A stretch of 62,509 bases of DNA, filler included, from Dugesia japonica (lineage: Eukaryota), in assembly GCA_001938525.1 (NCBI GenBank). It is 5 parts of 5 records of this genome, joined end to end, with 100 filler letters (N's around TTAATTAATTAA, not from the genome) between each part and the next. Parts side by side here need not be neighbours in the genome. Positions count along the whole stretch, not along the records: positions 51,680 to 62,509 come from MQRL01648459.1; 4 more parts are not named here. The stretch is one strand, 5' to 3'. The translations under genes and the position numbers were made by a program. A model generated the notes under the pieces. The model was not told the DNA's origin, searched no databases, and saw only the letters and a program-made list of their open reading frames with translations. Below, in pieces: positions 54,701-62,509 of the stretch. The number at the start of each line of letters is the position of its first letter. Position 1 is the first letter of the stretch.

Positions 54701-57700
54701 CACGTAAAGTCATGCTCTTAAAATCCATCTGTTAGTTGAAATAAAATTTATTGATTATTTTAAAACAAAGAACATACTTAAATTTATTGATTAATTTATC
54801 ATGCTAGTAAAATTAATTTATAATTGATACATAAGTGACTAAATTTCCGGAAATATTCCAACCAACCAAATATAAATCATCTTTAAACTTTATAATAATT
54901 TACTGTAGAATAAGCTATTTTATTTTTACTGTTTCTAATTGAATAATNATTTTAAAATTCCATGTATGCAGATTTCAATAATTTAGATGTTACTCAGTTA
55001 GACTTATAAACAAATCTAAATCTGTGTACGATATGCTTGGCTTCAAATATGAAAACAAGTAAAATTTTTGACTTATCGAATACTTCAACAATTTCCTTTT
55101 CATTGACACTCAACATTTTTTTGTTTATTGTTAATTGTTATATAGTTATATTATGTGATATAATTTTCTTTGTCATATATTCAATTTTTGACTTGCTATA
55201 TAGTGAAAATAGAGAAAATACAAAGGTGAAATTTAACATCGCTAATTCCCACTGACTTTCTAAGTAAGTATAGGATTTTGAGGTTCAATGTTGAATTTAC
55301 TAGCATTATTATCTGGACGAATAAGAAGACAATATTACTAGGCAAATGATATATATAAAATATTCGATTTTATCAGTATTTTGTTGGTTAACTAACGGCA
55401 AAGAAAATATCCAAGTAAGTTTTTGATCCATGACACTTTATTCCTACCGCTTCCCTTTGATTTTATAATTTTTTCTATTTTAAATATTCTTGGTGATAAT
55501 TCCTGTTCAAAATATTTTCCTTGCATGATTTATTTTCATAATCTTTAATGACATACACGACTGGATTTTGTTTGGTATTGATTTTTGATATTTGAAATTC
55601 TCCACCGCTCCAATTACTATTGAAATTCGTGATAAGTTGAGATGCAATTAGTTTGGATATTCTAACATGATCGCCAAATTTGCATTTTGGTTTCTTAATT
55701 GCTTTTGGTTGTTGTTGTGATTACAACAACAGCTTTAATTGCTTATTTGTTAACATAATAATCAGTCTTGTTTCATTTAAACCCTTTAACTTATGAATAG
55801 GTTTTAGTAAAAATTCATACAAAGTTTTTTTTACCAGTTTGTACAAATTATTTTTTCAAAGCATCTATAAATCCACCACAAATTTCTCTATTAGGGGTTG
55901 AACCTACATACCCTACATTAAAAGAATCTTCACTTTCAGATAGCATTTATTACTGTATCAAAAATATAATTTCTATAATGTTATAAATTACACAAATTTT
56001 ATTCTATAAAAATTGACAAAATATAATTCAAAATATAAAAATTTATTAAATATAATAAAATGACCTACTCAACTTTTAAAAATCATCTACAACTGTTTAC
56101 CAAATTATATTATTTAAAAAACTTTATATTAACACAGCAAAATAAATATTAATCAATAAATAATAAATTACACACATAGAAATAAGCTAATAATGATCAT
56201 AATAACTTAAAACATTCCTAATATTTAATTATTTCCTTACAGTCTTCATGTGCAACTTTGTACTGTGAGAATACAGTACAATGGTTTATTTATAAATGAT
56301 TAATAATATTTAACTTTAGAATTATAGAATTCTTTACCCAAATTCATTTGTAAATTAACTGAATGTCTATCTTTGAACATTTATTTAATGGCTGGTTCCA
56401 TATCATTAGCAGAATTTGATTTGACTGAAATGGCTCTTGCAAATCTACTGATACATGTCAAAATGTTCTTGTATTCTTTATTAATTATCAAATATGGAAT
56501 CATTACTATCAAATCATCAATACCAAGCGTTTTATATGCTTGATAAGAATTTGCTTATTATTAGGATAAGTCTGTCATGTTAGAAAATCAACAACTGTTG
56601 ATCTCTAGAATTTTTAAAGATAACTTAGTATTGCACGTTCAAATTACACGTTCTGAGAATTCCTTTTTAATGAAATAGATTTTGATAGGTCTTGATATTT
56701 TTGTAAATAAATTATTAAATTCTTTTNNNNNNNNNNNNNNNNNNNNNNNNNNNNNNNNNNNNNNNNNNNNNNTTTATTTCCCATCTCTTGCTCCAATTTG
56801 TGTCAAAGTTCTTTATAATTTTCATTTTTTTATTACAGAACCCTGATTGACATAATCTATGATCTTCATATTTTATTAAATTTTAATTTAAGAAAATGTG
56901 ATTTCAATAATTTACATACAAACAGAGTTTTCCCACAACCACTGGGATCAACAATTTACTAAACTGCATAACTTCTTAACTTCTTCATTTAAATTTATAA
57001 GCAATTATCACAGTGTTTATATTGTTTAATGAACTGATCAAGTTATTTCCACAAAATCATCTAAATATTTATTGAAAGTCATTAATAATAATAGTTAACA
57101 TTAATTGTAAATGTAAAGTAAAATAAATGTTTTTTAAATGTACATCTTTGTTTTTTGACTGGTTTGGTTATAAATTTTAATAAAACATTATCTGTTTTTA
57201 AAATAAAAAAAGTAATGGGATAAATTTTAACAGTTAAATAATATTTTTAAAAACTTTAACTTTTAAATAATATAAATTCATATCACATTGAGACTTTATT
57301 AATAAACACATGTAATTGTTACTATCAAGTCTAACAAAAGAAAGTAACAGTATTTATTGTTACTTCTTTTAACGTTTTTTTTATTTTCCATATAAAACTA
57401 ACGTGATTTATCGATTTATTGAAACATTTGATTTTAACTTGAACTAACCATTTATTTGGATTATCAAACGCCATCATAATAGTAAATAATATTACTTGGA
57501 ACACATTAATAATTGGAGTTTTTAAGAAACTCAATTTATGTTGATGGTGACATCAGTTGACATAATATTTTCTTTTGATAAAAATTATGGAAATTTTTTT
57601 TAAAATAATAAACAATTTATGTAAATTTACCGCTTAAATACTTGGTGGTGCTGCATGTATGTAAATGGTATAAATCTTCATTGCTCGTTCTTTATTCATC

Positions 57701-57764
57701 ACTATTGTGATTGTTTGCCTAATTTTTTTAAATTTAGAACACCAAAATTATTTTATATGTTACG

Positions 57765-58040
57765 CAAATGCAACAGAGATGAAATTAAAATAGAATTCAA
57801 AGGCATATTATTTAAATTATGATTACTTAGATTACCCTAGACATGAATCTTTAGACTGTAGGGGAAAATAAACATTTAGACTACCGATGGACACAAATAT
57901 TTTTAAACTTTCGGAGAACTGATCAACTTTATATCTCATCAATTATTTATCAAACTGATTTAAACACATACTAATTGTATTCATCATCTCATTGCAGATC
58001 TAATGATACCAATTTTATACAATTATGATAAAAATGATAT
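57765..58040. repeat. Interspersed repeat (MITE-like), inverted relative to 51680-51960
   Basis: See 51680-51960. Confidence 0.7.
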
Positions 58041-61000
58041 CAAAACCCCATTTTTTAAAACAATTGCCACGTACTTTTAACATCGANTTTCATAAGGAAA
58101 GGATCGTTTCATGATAAGTTTATTAGACAATAATATAAGTACTTTTCAGTTATAAATCAAATGGTATCAAAATTTCAAATAGTGTAATGGAAATAAGTTC
58201 CTGTACAACTTACAACGTCTTTTTATAATTATTGATCTAATTATTGATCAAAATTTTTTATAAGTAACAGAATTATCCGTTATCTATTTCCGAATCCAAG
58301 CATTTTTCAATAGTAATTCTTTAGGCAATGTATAGACAGTTTGTCAGTCCCATATCATTCATACTATCATATATTAGAAAAATTAAAATCAATAACTGCT
58401 TTGTGCAGTTGAATGTGCACACGGTCTTTCCACAATATCGATTAACACATTCAACATATCAAAATACAAATATAGCACCAAAATGTGCACATGTACTTTC
58501 CCCATGCATAATTACCGTTTCTGAAATCCTATCAGAACAAAACCATACTGAAATATAAGTTTTTAAAACATTTTTATAAAAATAGCGATCTCACTTTAAA
58601 ATTTTTAACCATTAAAGCGGAAAATTGTTTTTCCATTACAAAAATATAAAAAATTTAGAATTACTTGGTATCAGTTCCTGAAGGGTGAGGAGGTGGTTTA
58701 TTGCGCCAATATCTACTTACTGACATGGAATGCAATACAGAAATCTTAAATGAATTTTTGAATATCATTAAATTGTTTTTCTTTAGAAGTAGCAATAATC
58801 ATATTTTTTTACTTATATGAATGTCATCTTTAGTGCATACAATTGTATTGAGTGTCTTATTATTAACAATATCGGTTGTTATAATTAACTATTTTCAATA
58901 ATTATATTATAATTTTTATAGAAAGGTTTTATGGAAGAAAATAATAAAAAAAGAAACAGTAAGAGAGTATTAAACATTTAATCGATTCATCTCAGTAATT
59001 ATAGCAAAATTAAAAAATAATATTTTAATAGCGAACGATTATTTGTTTAAAAATTTGGAAAAGTAAAAATAATATTTTAATAGCGAATGATTGGTTGTTT
59101 TGAAATTTTGTGAAAATTTTGAATGATATTTTGATAATTATTTTCTTAAAATTTTCGAATTATTTTAAATAAAGATTTAATCTAAAATGTTAAATTTATT
59201 AGAAAATAATTTCCAATTGAAGCATGGGGTTTTAATTTGTTTAAATAAACAAAAAATTATTTTATGGTTTTGTTGTGTGAATAAATTTTCTATGGAATCG
59301 AGTTTTGATATTAATGATCCGATGAGTACTTCAAACTCATCAAAAAATAATAATAACACTAAAGAAACGAAGCTACTATCAACTTTAAAGCTAAATGGCT
59401 GTTTTTGTATGAGTTATGGGTGCATGCATACTGTTGCGTTGCGTGTTATTTTAACGCATTACGTTCGGTTACAAGTTAAACATATTAAGTCAAGATTAAA
59501 AATATTATTTTCAATAATAATACGATTTAGTGGACTTCAGCTATTTAGATTTCAAAAGAAATTTAGAACAGAAAATACAAATAACGTAAAACTTGAAAAT
59601 CTTGACTTTTTAACCAAGAGTAATAAGAGGTCGTAAGCACTTTCATTATAATGATGCACTGTCGCACTATTGGCTTGTGGTAAAAACACTGATTGAACAC
59701 AAAGATTGAAAGACGAAGTTCAAATGAGTAGCCACTCCGATCTATCTATACTACTCTTCTTTGGAAGTATATAAAGAATATTTACAAGAACAGACTTTCC
59801 ATAATTCTAAACTAAATGACCGAATCAAGCATGCAGAGAATGGAATGTGAAAGCGAGCATAACAAAAATGTAGTGTGACTTTGTATAATCATATTGTATA
59901 ATCATATTGTATAATCAAATATTGTATTAAAAAAATTTCTTCAAAACTAAACTATTACTCACTTCTATAGCTTTCTTGTTTATTAAAATATTTGAAATTA
60001 AAGTATGTTAAAATACATAAACATCCATTATATTTAAAGAAACATGCAAAACTTCATTCGGAAATTTTGATTGATCAAATCTAATTACGTAAATTTAGAT
60101 TACTAAAATAAGAAAATTTTAACCAAAATATTTATTTTAACCAAATAAATCTCTTTAAAATAGAGAAGTCCTATTAAAAAGGTTTAAATTTACTAATTGT
60201 CTATATAAATTTTATTACACTTAAAATTTCAATAAATTGTTAAATTGTTAGTTTTTGAAATGTTGACTATTTTAAGATCCAAAAAACATTTCTACCCCTA
60301 CATTTCCCCGACAAATTTCTTTATTTAATCACAAGATTCGGAAAATCTTTCTTTCGAAAATATTAAATCAAATTTATTAATATACAATTTCTAAATCACA
60401 AAGAATTATTAAAATTTGTTATATTCCATTGAAAATTTAAAAATCTGGAAGAAATGATCCAATTTTTGAAAATTAAAAATCGGGGAATTTATTTCGTTTT
60501 GTTTAAAACTCAGAGATATTTTTCAAATTTTTGGGTATTTTTTCCAATGAAAAATAAACAGCTATGAATTAAATAAATGGCAATGATTTAAAATAAATAA
60601 ATTAAAAATTAAAACTAAATGTAACTCAAGCATAAAAGAAATAATAAAAGAAAGCTTATATTATCAAAACCAAAAATCATAATATAATATAATCTAGTAT
60701 AAATATAATTATTTAAAATAAAACTTTCTATAATTTTGATATTTGTATAGCTAAAAAAATAATTTATTCCAATAGAAAATTTTAATGCAATTATGTAAGA
60801 CATACATTAAGAAAATATAATAGAGAATAAATATGTTTAAAATTAATACTTAGAAAAACAATTATTTTTGGATTATTACAGTTTATTTTTCAATTTTCTT
60901 ATTCCAATTAATTAAATATTACTCGTAAAAGCATACAATGATCTAATGTCAACGCAAAAATCTATAGATTCGGGTGATTCGTCGGTGATCTTTTTTTCTT

Positions 61001-62509
61001 TCATCTGATTTCCTATTTATAATTTCATTCGAATTTCATAATTTTTAATTTTTAACCATGAAAATATTTTATTCGTTGATTCTATATAATTTATTTATTT
61101 GAAATTTCTCACAAATAGTATTTTAAAAAATTTTATTGTTTNTTGTTTCTATGTAACTTGCGTTAAATTTTTATGAATAAACATTAATTCATTATTTATT
61201 TTATGCAAAATTCATTTAAAAAATCAATTCTTTTGTTTTCACAAATTTAATTTTCATAATTTTATTTTATCAATTTATTTCAAAAAATTCTATTTCATTT
61301 GATTTAATTCACTTTATTATCCTAACAATTCTTAAAATAATTTTTTGGTTGGTTTTTAAATTTATAAGACAGTTAACTATTTTTCTTCATTGGAATCAAT
61401 TTCTTAATTTTTCTAAAATTTTCATTTAATAATATTTTGAATTATTTTATTAATGAATTTATAATGAAAACTTTATTAAGTATAAGAAATCTGGTAATTC
61501 TGATTTTCGTTTAACTCCTGTGTTTATTCAATAATATAAAAAATTTCTCGAATCATTTTAACGAATAATTATTAGATTCTTTCCGTTTTTAAAAATAAAA
61601 TAAACGAGACAACAAAAAACGGAGCTCCTTAAAATTGCCCCATTGTAAAATTTAAATAAAACTCGAACGATTACATAGATTTATCCTAAATAAAACAAGA
61701 AAGAACATTAAAATCAGATTTCATTATGTTGTTTCTTAGCATTAATTAAGGGACTTCCAAGAACAATAGAGTTATTTTTAAAATATGCTTCAAATCCTAT
61801 CCGATAAGCATTATAAAATTTATTTGCCACTTTGGGAGAACAATTAATTTCATCTAATTTCAGTTACATCAGTTTCTAATAAAAAAACAAAAAATAATAA
61901 TTCATTTAAAACAATTTTAAAATGTTGAGGAATAGAACCATTGCTAATTTGTAGTTTTGTAATGTCATTACAGTTTTGGCGCTATTTTAAAGTGAAATAA
62001 TAATAGTTGTCAGGAGAGTCTGAGACACTCACCATAGAATTTAAAAGACATTAGTTATCCAAGAATTTATTAATAGATTTGTTGAGCTGGAACACCTATA
62101 TATTTAAAAATATGTAAAAGCCAGAAAAGGAGACATAATTATTTAATTAAAGAAAGAACCAATAAACAAAATTTTAAGGAAAACTAGAAAAAATCAATAA
62201 TAGTTACAAGGCGAAGATTAAAAAAAAATTTTTAAAAACAAAGAAACTGGACCAGGATAAAATGTATTAGATTATAAAATAAATTATATTGGTATTTATA
62301 GTTATATGACTGTTAATATCAATAGAATTATAATTAGGAAAACATAAACAGTAGAATTATAATGCAACTAAAATATTATTAATTGTGAATTTATTTCTTA
62401 TTACCAAAAATTTAGAACATCTCGGAAATAAATGCACTGTAAAATTAGTAATTGTAATCATATTTTGAAAAAGATTTAATTTGGAAAATTGTAAAACTTA
62501 GTGATTGTA

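Larger units (their letters stand above)
52571..58560 (-). mobile_element. Second, much more decayed Polinton remnant
   Basis: pPolB C-terminus KVALSNNNDKRV...LHYGHY (~52590-52690); integrase C-terminus KFGDHVRISK...NWS...F.I...PVVYVIKD...GKYFEQEL...IEKII (~55430-55690); ATPase Walker A IVDPSGCGKT (~56925-56955); possible protease ESTCAHF (~58470-58505). Confidence 0.7.

Noticed and set aside
51680-58040. Inverted ~280-bp repeats as Polinton TIRs
   Set aside because: The copies are quite diverged, lack AG-repeat termini, and Polinton-like sequence appears to continue beyond 58040; independent MITE insertions are more likely.
59187-59636. 149-aa ORF
   Set aside because: Composition mirrors the AT-rich background and it has no recognisable motif.
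61500-62060. Possible minus-strand gene fragments
   Set aside because: Frames are broken by stops and I could not recognise a family or a consistent exon structure.

Overview
Very AT-rich eukaryotic DNA from an invertebrate animal (40-50 bp introns and a Src-family kinase; planarian-like is my guess, not established). It is not one locus: four N-flanked TTAATTAATTAA linkers (~17.9, 27.0, 42.3 and 51.6 kb) join at least five unrelated contigs. Host genes are a multi-exon ankyrin-repeat plus STE/MAP3K-like kinase, the first two exons of WDR82/SWD2, and the 3' exons of a Src-family tyrosine kinase. Most of the rest is decayed mobile DNA: two copies of a Ty3/Gypsy element, Tc1/mariner and MULE remnants, Penelope-like pLTR fragments with minimal hammerhead ribozymes, and two Polinton/Maverick (adintovirus-like) remnants. 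Main findings: (1) the protein-primed DNA polymerase of the 42.4-48.6 kb Polinton carries a ~180-aa mini-intein inside its catalytic YTD|TDC motif, resembling giant-virus PolB inteins; (2) a 4.45-kb TG...CA insertion with a 4-bp TSD (candidate giant solo LTR) carries an operon-like array of small ORFs, each with its own splice acceptor and AATAAA; (3) minimal hammerheads whose palindromic stem III covaries; (4) a nested palindromic, origin- or telomere-like region upstream of an unknown ORF at 50.9-51.6 kb. All family assignments come from motif recognition by eye; no database searches were run.
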